A DNA stretch of 64,000 nt from an uncultured Bacteroidota bacterium (GTDB lineage Bacteria; Bacteroidota; Bacteroidia; Flavobacteriales; Flavobacteriaceae), in assembly GCA_902618245.1 (NCBI GenBank), contig CACMZR010000001.1, forward strand, positions 213,507-277,506, written 5' to 3'. The number at the start of each line of letters is the position of its first letter. Within the stretch, counting starts at the first letter, position 1. This document shows positions 8,422-18,500 of the stretch, piece by piece. A program made the position numbers and the translations under genes. A model generated the notes under the pieces. The model was not told the origin of the DNA, did not search any database, and saw only the letters and a program-made list of their open reading frames with translations.

Positions 8422-11055
8422 ATGGAAGATAACCCTAGCATTAGATTAAATAAGGTTTTGAGAGAATTGAACATATCTTTGGACCGGGCTGTGGAATTTT
8501 TGAATTACAAAGGAATAGAAATTGATGCTCGCCCGACCACGAAAATCAACACAAAAATCTATAAACTTTTATCGAATGAGTTTGAAACAGATAAATCTAA
8601 AAAAGTCGAATCCCATGAGGTAAGTGAGGAGAAAAGAAAAGAGAAGGAATCACTTCGAATAATACAAGAGAAAAAAGAACAAGACCGTTTAGTAAGAATT
8701 GCGAAACGCGAGGAACTCAAAACTAATCGAGTGGCACTTGAAAAGCCGAAAACATTAGGCAAAATTAATTTGAATGAATTAGGTAAAACCAAATTAAATA
8801 AAACCGACAAACAGTCTTCTGAATATCTTAACGACAACTCTGAAAAATCACAAACGGTTTCTCAAAAAAATGGGGATGTTCAAGTCAAACCTGAAGAAAA
8901 TAGATCTATTGAAGATAAGACTGAGGATGAAGAAAAAGAAACCCTACAAACAAATTATAAAAAGCTCTCTGGACCAAAGGCGACCGGGCAAAAAATAAAT
9001 TTAGAAGAAGTTTCGGAAAAGGAAAAAACTGTAGAAGACGCAAGAAAAAGAAAGCGAAAAAGAATAAATAAAGACATTAAGAGCCCAAAAGTTAGCGAAA
9101 CATCTAAAAGGAAGACTAATCGCCCTACCCCTCAAAAAAAGGAAGAGCCATCAGATGAGGAAGTTCAAAAACAAATTCGTGAGACTCTTGAAAAACTACA
9201 GGGTAAATCATCTAAGTCTAAAGGGGCTAAGTACCGAAGAGATAAGCGGACTCAGCATAAACAAAAATCGGAAGAGGAGTTGGCTCAAATTGAAGCTGAG
9301 AGTAATGTTTTAAAAGTAACTGAGTTCATTACAGTAGGTGAAGTAGCAACTATGATGAATGTCACTTCCACCGAAATCATTTCCACATGTATGACATTAG
9401 GTATTATGGTAACTATGAATCAGAGGCTTGATGCTGAAACCCTAAGTATTGTGGCTGAGGAATTTGGTTATGAAGTAAGTTTTGAAAAAACCGAACTTGA
9501 AGAAAATATAGATGTAGAGGAGGAGGACATAAACGAAAACTTGGTCTCACGTGCTCCTATTGTTACTGTTATGGGACATGTAGACCACGGAAAAACCTCA
9601 CTTTTAGATTTTATTCGGAAAGAAAATGTAATTGCTGGTGAGTCAGGAGGTATAACACAGCATATAGGGGCATATAGTGTAACCCTAGAAAATGATGAAA
9701 AAATCACTTTCCTTGATACACCAGGACATGAAGCATTTACGGCGATGCGTGCGAGAGGTGCTCAAGTCACTGACATTGCAATTATTGTCGTAGCTGCAGA
9801 CGATAACATTATGCCTCAAACTAAAGAAGCAATTAGCCATGCACAGGCTGCAAACGTACCAATTGTTTTTGCTATCAATAAAATTGATAAACAAGATGCT
9901 AATCCAGATAAAATTAAGGAAGCACTTGCAGGAATGAATCTCATGGTTGAGGATTGGGGAGGAAAAATACAATCCCAAGATATATCAGCCATTAACGGAA
10001 CGGGGATCAATGAGCTTTTGGAAAAAGTTCTTTTGGAAGCAGAGTTATTGGAATTAAAGGCAAATCCTGATAGAAAGGCTAAGGGAACTGTTGTTGAAGC
10101 CTTTTTGGATAAGGGTAGAGGCTATGTTTCCACCATTTTGGTTCAAAATGGGACGTTATGCATGGGTGATTACATTCTAGCAGGAAAACAAAGTGGAAAA
10201 GTTAAAGCTATTTTTAACGAAAGAGGAGTTAATTTAGATAAAGTCCCACCAGCTACTCCAGTTTCAATATTAGGGCTTGATGGGGCACCCCAAGCTGGTG
10301 ATACATTCTTAGTTTTAAGTGATGAGAGAGAGGCTAAGCAAATTGCGGCTAAAAGAACCCAACTGCTTCGTGAACAAAATGTCCGGACCCAAAAACATAT
10401 AACTCTTGATGAAATTGGTAGACGAATTGCCTTAGGTGAATTTAAAGAACTCAACATCATACTTAAAGGAGATGTTGATGGATCTGTTGAGGCACTGACT
10501 GACTCACTACAAAAACTTTCTACTGGTGAAATTGAGGTAAACATTATTCATAAAGGAGTTGGAGCTATAACTGAATCCGATGTGCTTTTAGCATCAGCAT
10601 CAGATGCAATTGTAATTGGTTTTAATGTTCGTCCTATGGGTAACGCTAGATCTGTTGCAGAAAAAGAAGAAATTGACATCCGCTCTTACTCAATTATATA
10701 CGACGCTATTAATGATGTTAAAGATGCAATGGAAGGAATGTTATCTCCAGAAATAAAAGAAGAAGTCACAGGGACAGTTGAAATAAGGGAAACATACAAA
10801 ATATCAAAAATAGGTACAATTGCTGGCTGCATGGTTACTAGTGGAAAGATTCTTAAGAATTCAGGTATCAGAATTATACGGGAAGGTGTAGTGATTTATT
10901 CTGGGGACTTGGTTTCTCTTAAGAGATTTAAAGATGATGTTAAAGAAGTTGCAAAAGGGTACGATTGTGGTCTACAGATTAAAAATTATAATGATGTCAA
11001 AATAGGAGACGTTCTGGAGTGTTACCAACAAATCGCAGTAAAAAAATCTCTTTAG
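8422..11055 (+). CDS. infB: Translation initiation factor IF-2
   Basis: 877 aa. The N-terminus is K/E-rich. The GTPase motifs are [24 protein letters not shown] and NKID. The C-terminal domains are colinear with IF-2. Confidence 0.97.
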   Translation: MEDNPSIRLNKVLRELNISLDRAVEFLNYKGIEIDARPTTKINTKIYKLLSNEFETDKSKKVESHEVSEEKRKEKESLRIIQEKKEQDRLVRIAKREELKTNRVALEKPKTLGKINLNELGKTKLNKTDKQSSEYLNDNSEKSQTVSQKNGDVQVKPEENRSIEDKTEDEEKETLQTNYKKLSGPKATGQKINLEEVSEKEKTVEDARKRKRKRINKDIKSPKVSETSKRKTNRPTPQKKEEPSDEEVQKQIRETLEKLQGKSSKSKGAKYRRDKRTQHKQKSEEELAQIEAESNVLKVTEFITVGEVATMMNVTSTEIISTCMTLGIMVTMNQRLDAETLSIVAEEFGYEVSFEKTELEENIDVEEEDINENLVSRAPIVTVMGHVDHGKTSLLDFIRKENVIAGESGGITQHIGAYSVTLENDEKITFLDTPGHEAFTAMRARGAQVTDIAIIVVAADDNIMPQTKEAISHAQAANVPIVFAINKIDKQDANPDKIKEALAGMNLMVEDWGGKIQSQDISAINGTGINELLEKVLLEAELLELKANPDRKAKGTVVEAFLDKGRGYVSTILVQNGTLCMGDYILAGKQSGKVKAIFNERGVNLDKVPPATPVSILGLDGAPQAGDTFLVLSDEREAKQIAAKRTQLLREQNVRTQKHITLDEIGRRIALGEFKELNIILKGDVDGSVEALTDSLQKLSTGEIEVNIIHKGVGAITESDVLLASASDAIVIGFNVRPMGNARSVAEKEEIDIRSYSIIYDAINDVKDAMEGMLSPEIKEEVTGTVEIRETYKISKIGTIAGCMVTSGKILKNSGIRIIREGVVIYSGDLVSLKRFKDDVKEVAKGYDCGLQIKNYNDVKIGDVLECYQQIAVKKSL

Positions 11056-11438
11056 TTGTGAGTTTTTTTCAACAAAAAGGCTGAAGGGAAAACCTTTTTT
11101 AACGTATCTAAAGTTTTTAAACTTACTAATTTGTCCTTGAAATAACCAGCCTGTACTTTATAATTTGGAGTCTCAAAACTTAAATCAACTGGCAAGTGCG
11201 GGAATTCAGACTTACATTTTTCTAAAATTTCATTACCAGATTTTAGGTTTCCATAATATAATTGAAGAGTAAAATAGGTTTTTTCATAGCGCTCTCTGTC
11301 CAATGCAATTTTTATTTTTACAAGGCTATCAATTTTATCGTTTTGTTTAATGTTAATTTTTGCATCTTGAGAAAAAATAGAATAATTAAAAACAAAAAAA
11401 ACCAATAAAAACAATGTATTTGAAAGATTATTTTCCAT
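11052..11438 (-). CDS. SPOR-domain-like exported protein
   Basis: It has a signal-like N-terminus ([24 protein letters not shown]). The C-terminal segments [21 protein letters not shown] and AFLLKK resemble a SPOR fold. I chose the start at the second Met. The stop overlaps the infB stop. Confidence 0.5.
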   Translation of the reverse strand: MENNLSNTLFLLVFFVFNYSIFSQDAKINIKQNDKIDSLVKIKIALDRERYEKTYFTLQLYYGNLKSGNEILEKCKSEFPHLPVDLSFETPNYKVQAGYFKDKLVSLKTLDTLKKVFPSAFLLKKTHN

Positions 11439-11562
11439 GTAACAAAAAAACAAAATTTTCTAGTTACTCTTTGTAAATTTAACAAACTATCTCCTTTATT
11501 TAGAATCAATATAAATTACGAAATTCTATAATCCTAAGCTATATAAAAAGCGGTCTATGACT

Positions 11563-11570
11563 TATTTTTG
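11563..11570 (+). promoter_or_regulatory. Candidate -7 box (TATTTTTG) upstream of actA
   Basis: This is an exact TAnnTTTG match 22 nt upstream of the actA start. I saw no clear -33 TTG. Confidence 0.3.
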
Positions 11571-11592
11571 TTATGGATTTTAGATTTATGTT

Positions 11593-12921
11593 TTGGGGAA
11601 TAATTTATACTCGAATTATAGAGAAGTTTTTTTAGGATTTTTTAGATCTCTATTTTTCTTTTTCGTCTTTATCGCTACCTCCTATAATTTTATTATTTCA
11701 GCTCAGGAACTAACCTCTGCAGACAATACTGCAGCAGTACAAGCTGGAAAGAAATTATTTAATGCGAATTGTGCTGCTTGTCATAAGTTGAATAAACGCG
11801 CGGTGGGTCCAGCACTCAAAGGTGTTTCAGGAAAATATGATAGAGAATGGCTATATAGTTGGATAAAAAATAGTACAGCAATGGTAAAATCTGGTGATCC
11901 ACAAGCTGTTGCGGTATATGAAGAATATAATGGGTCTGTAATGACTTCATTCCCTCAGCTATCGAATTCTGATATTGACAATATTTTAGCTTACACTGAT
12001 TATATTCCCCCGGCACCGGTTGCTATTGCAAGTAACTCAGCGGCATCAGTACCTGTCAGCTCATCATCAGGTATAAATAATACTGTAATTCTTATTGCTC
12101 TATCATTGGTATTCGGAATTCTTGTAGTAATGCTGTTTTTAGTTCAAAGAACATTGATGCGAATTGCAAAACTTAGTGGTGTAGACATAAAGCCCGAAGT
12201 GAAACCCAAAAGAACACCAATTTGGATGGCATTTGTTCAAAATCAATTTGTCGTTTTAACGGGGGTTATATTTCTATTATTAAGTAGTGCATATTTTGTA
12301 TATGGATACTTTATGCAAGTTGGGGTTGATCAAGGATATATGCCGATACAACCAATACATTACTCGCACAAAATTCATGCCGGTGCAAATCAAATTGAAT
12401 GTAAATATTGTCATTCATCTGCAAGAGTATCAAAACATTCGGGAATACCATCATTAAATGTATGCATGAACTGTCATCAAAATATTGCCGAGTACAATGG
12501 AGAAGAAGACCTAGAAAATGGATATACTAAAGATTTTTATACAAAAGAGATAAAAAAGCTTTATGCTGCTGTGGGGTGGGATGAAGAAAATCAAAAGTAT
12601 ACAGGTGAATCCCAACCAGTTAAGTGGATCCGTATTCACAACCTTCCTGACTTTGTATACTTTAATCATGCCCAACATGTTCAGGTTGGAGAAATAGAAT
12701 GTCAGAAATGTCACGGACCTGTAGAAGAAATGGAAATCATGTATCAACATTCACCACTAACTATGGGTTGGTGCATAAATTGTCACAGAGAAACAAATAT
12801 AAAAGTTGAAAGCAATGAATATTACGCGAAAATTCATGAGGCGCTTTCTAAAAAATATGGAGTAGAAAAATTAACTGTAGCTCAAATGGGAGGGCTTGAA
12901 TGTGGAAAATGTCACTACTAA
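11593..12921 (+). CDS. actA: Alternative complex III subunit ActA, a multihaem cytochrome c with six CxxCH motifs
   Basis: The six motifs are CAACH, CKYCH, CMNCH, CQKCH, CINCH and CGKCH. It has an N-terminal membrane anchor and a central TM segment. It is the first gene of the actABCDEF order. The start is a TTG with no in-frame ATG nearby. Confidence 0.85.
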   Translation: MGNNLYSNYREVFLGFFRSLFFFFVFIATSYNFIISAQELTSADNTAAVQAGKKLFNANCAACHKLNKRAVGPALKGVSGKYDREWLYSWIKNSTAMVKSGDPQAVAVYEEYNGSVMTSFPQLSNSDIDNILAYTDYIPPAPVAIASNSAASVPVSSSSGINNTVILIALSLVFGILVVMLFLVQRTLMRIAKLSGVDIKPEVKPKRTPIWMAFVQNQFVVLTGVIFLLLSSAYFVYGYFMQVGVDQGYMPIQPIHYSHKIHAGANQIECKYCHSSARVSKHSGIPSLNVCMNCHQNIAEYNGEEDLENGYTKDFYTKEIKKLYAAVGWDEENQKYTGESQPVKWIRIHNLPDFVYFNHAQHVQVGEIECQKCHGPVEEMEIMYQHSPLTMGWCINCHRETNIKVESNEYYAKIHEALSKKYGVEKLTVAQMGGLECGKCHY

Positions 12922-12941
12922 AATGCAAGTAAAAAGAGTCT

Positions 12942-15900
12942 ATGGAATTAAATAAAACATATTGGAAAAGTATTGATCAACTAAATCCTTCAGATAAGGA
13001 TTTAGATAAACTTGAGCAAAATGAATTTGTTTCAAAACTTCCTGAAAATTTTTCAGTTGACGAAAAAACACTTGATAAAAGCCCTACATCTAGAAGAGAT
13101 TTTTTAAAATATGCTGGATTCAGCACAGCTGCAGCCACTATTGCTGCTTGTGAAGGGCCTATAATAAAATCAGTCCCATACGTATTTCAGCCCGAACAAA
13201 TACGTCCAGGAATAGCTAATTATTATGCAACAACAATAGCTGACGGTTATGATTTTGCAAGCATATTAATTAAAACAAGGGAGGGGAGGCCAATAAAAGT
13301 TGAGAGTAATACAGATTCACCGGTCCTAGGTTCTGCCAATGCAAGAGTTCATGCATCAGTTTTGTCACTTTACGATTCTTTAAGACTTAAAGGTCCCTTA
13401 CTCGAGGGTAGGGATATCACATGGGATAACTTTTATCGAGAAATAACAGCTGCACTTAATGGCTTATCATCATTGAATAAGAAAGTTATCATGATGACCC
13501 CTACATTAGCTAGCCCGACTTCGAAGAAGATTATTGATGATTTTGTAAAAGTTTTTCCCAATATTACTCATGTTGTTTACGATTCAATATCTACTGACTC
13601 TGCATTAAATGCTTTCGAAAAACATTATGGAATTCGAGCTTTAGCTGATTATGACTTTTCAAAGGTAGATACTATTGTTGGAATTGATTCTGATTTTCTA
13701 GGAGATTGGCAAGGTGGTGGATATGAAAAGGACTATGCTGAAGCTAAAAGGATCAAAAAGCGTAATAATAAGGCAGAAATGTTATGGCATATGCAGTTCG
13801 AATCTAATATGTCGCTTACTGGAGTTAATGCTGATCATCGTGTTCCTTGTACCCCAGCAGAACAAAAAAAAGTATTAGCATATTTGCATGATATAGTTAG
13901 AGGGGTTTCACCTTCTACAAGTTTACCTGCTCAGCTCGAAAAACAAGCAAAGAAAGCTGCAAATCGTCTGCTTAATTCAGGTACTAATGCAGTTATAGTT
14001 TCTGGTATTGATGATGAAGTTGCACAAAGCGCTGTTTTGGAAATAAATAGTTTATTAAATAGTAAAGCATTCCAGCCTGAAGAGCCAAAACTTATTCGTC
14101 AAGGTAACTCCTCGAAGGTTAATTCAGCAATAGACGATATTATAAATGGGAATGCCAGTGGCTTAATTACATTTGGGTTGAACCCTATATTTACAACTTT
14201 TAAAGGAGCTGAATTAAATGAAGCAATCAAAAATCTTGAATTTTCGCTAGCATTTACATCAAAAATGAATGAGACATCAAATGTCTCAAAATTTGTTGCT
14301 GCTACTCCACATTATCTTGAATCCTGGGGTGATTTTGAACTAAAGGCAGGGCATTTTACTCTATCTCAACCTACAATAAGACCTTTATTCAATACTCAGC
14401 AATTTCAAGATATATTATTAAAATTATCAGGCAAAACTTTTAAATATTACGATGCCATAAAAGAACATTGGAATTCAGATATTTTAGATGGAAGCTCCTG
14501 GAGTAAAGCTTTGCACGATGGTTATGCCATATCTAAAAAATCTATTCAAATAAGACGCCCAAATTTTGCTAATATCGATTTAACTTCTTTAAGAAATTCA
14601 TCTGAAAAAAAGATGAGTTTAATTTTGTACAGTAAAATAGGTATGGGTGACGGACAACAAGCAAATAACCCCTGGTTGCAAGAATTTCCTGATCCCATTA
14701 CAAGAGTCAGCTGGGATAATTATCTTACTATTTCTAAATATGATGCTGATTTAATTGGCCTTAAAAATATAAATACCTCTAATGGAGCATTGAATGGTAG
14801 TTATGCGAATGTGAAATTAGATGATAAAAACCTGAAAGTACCTGTAATTATACAACCAGGTCAAGCGAAAGGTACTGTTGGTTTGTCGTTTGGATATGGG
14901 AAGCGAATAGGTCTAAAAGACGAAATGCAGACTGGAGTAAATGCCTATAATTTGTATAAAGATTTTAATAATATCCAGAGTGTAGAAATAACCAAAGCTG
15001 ACGGAGAGCATGAGTTCGCGTGTGTCCAATTACATAACACTTTAATGGGTCGAGGTGACATTGTAAAAGAGACAACGCTTGAAGTATTTAACACAAAAGA
15101 TAAAAAATATTGGAACCCAATGCCCCAAGTTTCAAAAAATCATATAGAATTTGATGTTACTTCTAAAGAAGTAGATATGTGGCAAGAATTTGATCGTTCT
15201 ATAGGACATCATTTTAATCTTTCCATAGACTTAAATTCTTGTACTGGATGTGGTGCGTGTGTTATTGCATGTCATTCAGAAAATAACGTTCCTGTAGTAG
15301 GAAAGCGTGAAGTTAGAAGATCCCGAGATATGCATTGGTTAAGGATAGACCGCTATTATTCTTCAGTGTCAACATTTGAAGAGGATAATGAAATTAAAGA
15401 ATCAATCTCTGGGGTTGGGGATTCTTTAACAACGTTTGGTAAAATGGAGCAAGCTGCTGAAAACCCTCAAGTGGTATTCCAACCTGTCATGTGCCAGCAT
15501 TGTAATCATGCACCATGTGAAACGGTTTGCCCTGTAGCTGCTTCATCTCACGGAAGGCAAGGACAAAACCACATGGCTTACAATAGATGTGTAGGAACAA
15601 GATACTGTGCAAACAATTGTCCCTACAAAGTTCGTAGATTCAATTGGTTTCTCTACAATAAAAATGATGAGTTTGATTATCATATGAACGATGACCTTGG
15701 CCGAATGGTTCTCAATCCTGATGTAGTTGTTCGCTCAAGAGGAGTTATGGAAAAATGCTCCTTGTGTATTCAAATGACACAAAAGACAATTCTAGATGCA
15801 AAACTTAAGGGTGAACAAATCGAAGACGGTACTTTCCAAACTGCTTGCTCCAATGCATGCACCACAGGTGCTATGGTATTTGGAGATGTCAACGATAAAA

Positions 15901-16016
15901 ACAGTAAAGTTTCAGCACTTCGGAAAGATGACCGCATGTATCATTTATTGGAACATGTTGGAACTAAACCAAATGTTATGTACCAAGTTAAAGTCAGAAA
16001 TTCGGATGAAGTTTAA
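12942..16016 (+). CDS. actB: Alternative complex III subunit ActB (molybdopterin-oxidoreductase-like domain plus 4Fe-4S ferredoxin domain), Tat-exported
   Basis: 1024 aa. The Tat signal is SRRDFLKYAGFSTAAATIAA. The C-terminal Fe-S motifs are CTGCGACVIACHSENN, CQHCNHAPCETVCP and CVGTRYCANNCPYKVRRF. Confidence 0.9.
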   Translation: MELNKTYWKSIDQLNPSDKDLDKLEQNEFVSKLPENFSVDEKTLDKSPTSRRDFLKYAGFSTAAATIAACEGPIIKSVPYVFQPEQIRPGIANYYATTIADGYDFASILIKTREGRPIKVESNTDSPVLGSANARVHASVLSLYDSLRLKGPLLEGRDITWDNFYREITAALNGLSSLNKKVIMMTPTLASPTSKKIIDDFVKVFPNITHVVYDSISTDSALNAFEKHYGIRALADYDFSKVDTIVGIDSDFLGDWQGGGYEKDYAEAKRIKKRNNKAEMLWHMQFESNMSLTGVNADHRVPCTPAEQKKVLAYLHDIVRGVSPSTSLPAQLEKQAKKAANRLLNSGTNAVIVSGIDDEVAQSAVLEINSLLNSKAFQPEEPKLIRQGNSSKVNSAIDDIINGNASGLITFGLNPIFTTFKGAELNEAIKNLEFSLAFTSKMNETSNVSKFVAATPHYLESWGDFELKAGHFTLSQPTIRPLFNTQQFQDILLKLSGKTFKYYDAIKEHWNSDILDGSSWSKALHDGYAISKKSIQIRRPNFANIDLTSLRNSSEKKMSLILYSKIGMGDGQQANNPWLQEFPDPITRVSWDNYLTISKYDADLIGLKNINTSNGALNGSYANVKLDDKNLKVPVIIQPGQAKGTVGLSFGYGKRIGLKDEMQTGVNAYNLYKDFNNIQSVEITKADGEHEFACVQLHNTLMGRGDIVKETTLEVFNTKDKKYWNPMPQVSKNHIEFDVTSKEVDMWQEFDRSIGHHFNLSIDLNSCTGCGACVIACHSENNVPVVGKREVRRSRDMHWLRIDRYYSSVSTFEEDNEIKESISGVGDSLTTFGKMEQAAENPQVVFQPVMCQHCNHAPCETVCPVAASSHGRQGQNHMAYNRCVGTRYCANNCPYKVRRFNWFLYNKNDEFDYHMNDDLGRMVLNPDVVVRSRGVMEKCSLCIQMTQKTILDAKLKGEQIEDGTFQTACSNACTTGAMVFGDVNDKNSKVSALRKDDRMYHLLEHVGTKPNVMYQVKVRNSDEV

Positions 16017-16034
16017 ATTAATATTCAGTTAAAA

Positions 16035-17420
16035 ATGGCACTGCATTACGAAGCACCTATCAGAAAGCCACTAGTCACAGGAGATAAGTCTTATCACGAT
16101 GTAACTGTCGATATTGCCGCACCTGTTGAAGGAGCAGCCAATATCCAATGGTGGACTGTTTTTGGTATAGCTTTAAGTGCATTTCTTTGGGGTTTAGGTT
16201 GTATAATTTACACTATCTCTACAGGAATTGGTACTTGGGGGCTCAATAAGACAGTTGGCTGGGCTTGGGATATCACCAACTTCGTTTGGTGGGTAGGAAT
16301 TGGTCATGCCGGAACTTTAATTTCTGCTGTTCTTCTGCTTTTTAGACAAAAATGGAGAATGGCAATAAATAGATCTGCTGAGGCAATGACAATTTTTTCA
16401 GTTATACAGGCTGGACTTTTTCCTATAATTCACATGGGTAGGCCTTGGCTAGCCTATTGGGTTTTACCTATTCCTAACGGTTTTGGTTCTTTATGGGTTA
16501 ATTTTAACTCACCACTGCTTTGGGATGTGTTCGCTATCTCAACTTACCTTACCGTTTCTTTGGTTTTCTGGTGGACAGGATTGTTACCAGATTTTGCTAT
16601 GATAAGAGACCGTGCTGTACTTCCTTTCCAAAAGAAAATCTATAGCCTTTTGAGTTTTGGGTGGACAGGAAGAGCTAAAGACTGGCAAAGATTCGAAGAA
16701 GTATCTCTTGTACTAGCAGGTTTAGCTACACCTTTAGTTCTTTCAGTTCATACTATTGTATCTTTTGACTTTGCTACTTCTGTTATTCCAGGTTGGCACA
16801 CAACGATTTTTCCACCTTATTTCGTTGCAGGAGCAATTTTTTCTGGATTTGCAATGGTGAACACTTTACTAATAATTATGCGAAAAGTGTCACATTTAGA
16901 AAACTATATTACCGTACAGCATATAGAATTGATGAATATTGTGATTATGATCACTGGATCAATAGTAGGAGTTGCATATATTACTGAACTTTTTATTGCT
17001 TGGTATTCAGGTGTAGAATATGAACAATATGCATTTTTGAATCGTGCAACAGGCCCCTATTGGTGGGCATATTGGTCAATGATGACTTGCAACGTATTTT
17101 CTCCACAATTCATGTGGTTTAAGAAGTTGAGAACAAGTATTATGTTTTCATTTATCATATCTATTGTAGTTAACATTGGAATGTGGTTTGAGCGCTTTGT
17201 GATTATAGTAACCTCTCTTCATAGAGATTATTTACCTTCATCGTGGACAATGTTTTCTCCGACATTTGTAGACATAGGAATTTTTATAGGAACAATAGGA
17301 TTTTTCTTTGTTTTATTTTTATTGTACGCAAGAACTTTCCCAGTAATTGCCCAGGCCGAAGTCAAGACAATACTCAAGTCATCGGGTGAGAAATATAAAA
17401 AAATTAGAGACGCAAAATAA
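16035..17420 (+). CDS. actC: Alternative complex III subunit ActC (NrfD/PsrC-like quinol-binding membrane subunit)
   Basis: 461 aa, polytopic membrane protein in the NrfD-like family. Assignment rests on its position after actB. Confidence 0.88.
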   Translation: MALHYEAPIRKPLVTGDKSYHDVTVDIAAPVEGAANIQWWTVFGIALSAFLWGLGCIIYTISTGIGTWGLNKTVGWAWDITNFVWWVGIGHAGTLISAVLLLFRQKWRMAINRSAEAMTIFSVIQAGLFPIIHMGRPWLAYWVLPIPNGFGSLWVNFNSPLLWDVFAISTYLTVSLVFWWTGLLPDFAMIRDRAVLPFQKKIYSLLSFGWTGRAKDWQRFEEVSLVLAGLATPLVLSVHTIVSFDFATSVIPGWHTTIFPPYFVAGAIFSGFAMVNTLLIIMRKVSHLENYITVQHIELMNIVIMITGSIVGVAYITELFIAWYSGVEYEQYAFLNRATGPYWWAYWSMMTCNVFSPQFMWFKKLRTSIMFSFIISIVVNIGMWFERFVIIVTSLHRDYLPSSWTMFSPTFVDIGIFIGTIGFFFVLFLLYARTFPVIAQAEVKTILKSSGEKYKKIRDAK

Positions 17421-17950
17421 TGAGTAGTAATAGATTTATACACGCGCTTTACGATGATGACGATACGCTTTTAAAAGCGGTAAAGAACATTCGTTCTGAA
17501 AATTATGATATCGAGGAGGTTTACACACCTTTTCCTGTTCATGGGCTAGATAAGGCATTAGGTCTTGAGGAAACTCGTATTTCAATTATGGCTTTTATAT
17601 ACGGCTGTTTAGGACTAATTATTGCGGTAGTAATGATGAATTTTATTATGATTCAAGATTGGCCACAAAATATTGGCGGTAAACCAAGTTTTTCTTACCT
17701 GGAAAATATGCCTGCTTTTGTCCCTATTATGTTTGAAATGACAGTATTTTTTGCTGCTCATCTTATGGTCATTACGTTTTATTTAAGGAGTAAACTTTGG
17801 CCTTTTAAAAAGGCGGAAAACCCCAATCCGTTAACTACTGATGATAAATTCTTAGTTGAAATTGAGCTTAGTGATAATGAAAAAGGCCTTACCAGTCTTT
17901 TAAAAAAATCAGGGGCTATTGAAGTCTCAGTAATTGAAAAATCAGAATAG
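17420..17950 (+). CDS. actD: Alternative complex III subunit ActD (DUF3341-type)
   Basis: 176 aa with a soluble N-domain and two TM helices. The TAATG junction overlaps actC by 1 nt. Confidence 0.85.
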   Translation: MSSNRFIHALYDDDDTLLKAVKNIRSENYDIEEVYTPFPVHGLDKALGLEETRISIMAFIYGCLGLIIAVVMMNFIMIQDWPQNIGGKPSFSYLENMPAFVPIMFEMTVFFAAHLMVITFYLRSKLWPFKKAENPNPLTTDDKFLVEIELSDNEKGLTSLLKKSGAIEVSVIEKSE

Positions 17951-18499
17951 ATGAGATATAAAATTATTTTTGCCCTTACTTTTCTAGGAATATTACTCAA
18001 ATCTTGTGCAGACTCCTCTCGTCCTAATTATCAATATTTTCCAAATATGTACGAATCTATCGGTTATGACACCTACTCTGAGTCAGATGCATTTAATAAC
18101 AATATTGAAGCTCAGATACCTGTCGAAGGTACAATCGCTAGAGGATGGGAACCTTATGATTATCCAGATTCAAATGAAGGATACGAAGCTGCAAAATTAA
18201 ATCTAATCTCTCCGTTAGAGGTGAACGATACTAATTCAAAAAATGGTAAGGAGCTTTATGGAATTTATTGTGCAGTTTGTCATGGAAATAAAGGCGATGG
18301 CCAAGGGATTTTGATGAAAAGAGAAAAATTTTTAGGAATACCTAGTTATGCAGATAGGGAAATTACTCCAGGGAGTATTTACCATGTTTTAATGTACGGT
18401 AAAAATGCTATGGGATCTCATGCAGGCCAAGTCAATTCAGAAGAACGTTGGCAGATTGCTCAGCATGTTATGGAACTAAGGAGTAAGCTCATAAAATAA
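17951..18499 (+). CDS. actE: Alternative complex III subunit ActE (monohaem cytochrome c lipoprotein)
   Basis: It has a single CAVCH motif and a lipobox-like LLKSC. It abuts actD (TAGATG). Confidence 0.85.
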   Translation: MRYKIIFALTFLGILLKSCADSSRPNYQYFPNMYESIGYDTYSESDAFNNNIEAQIPVEGTIARGWEPYDYPDSNEGYEAAKLNLISPLEVNDTNSKNGKELYGIYCAVCHGNKGDGQGILMKREKFLGIPSYADREITPGSIYHVLMYGKNAMGSHAGQVNSEERWQIAQHVMELRSKLIK

Positions 18500-18500
18500 T

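Noticed and set aside
8154-10544. Six minus-strand ORFs (8154-8474, 8559-8837, 9468-9707, 9685-9978, 9816-10010, 10170-10544) antisense to nusA/infB.
   Set aside because: They are fully embedded antisense in strongly conserved genes. Their translations are low-complexity and S/F/I/L-rich, as expected from reading an AT-rich coding strand backwards. They have no independent promoter or start context.
11318-11509. 63-aa minus-strand ORF overlapping the 5' end of the SPOR-like gene.
   Set aside because: It is an alternative frame of the same region. The SPOR-like frame has a signal peptide and a domain-like C-terminus, and this one has neither.
15796-16032. Same-strand out-of-frame ORFs overlapping real genes (15796-16032, 16793-16987, 18006-18200, 25550-25750, 29739-30026, 48579-48794). 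Also minus-strand ORFs inside respiratory, SusC, permease and adaptor genes (for example 20432-20623, 25419-25656, 55629-56030, 56893-57216).
   Set aside because: They overlap genes with unambiguous homology-style motifs. There is no evidence for dual coding.
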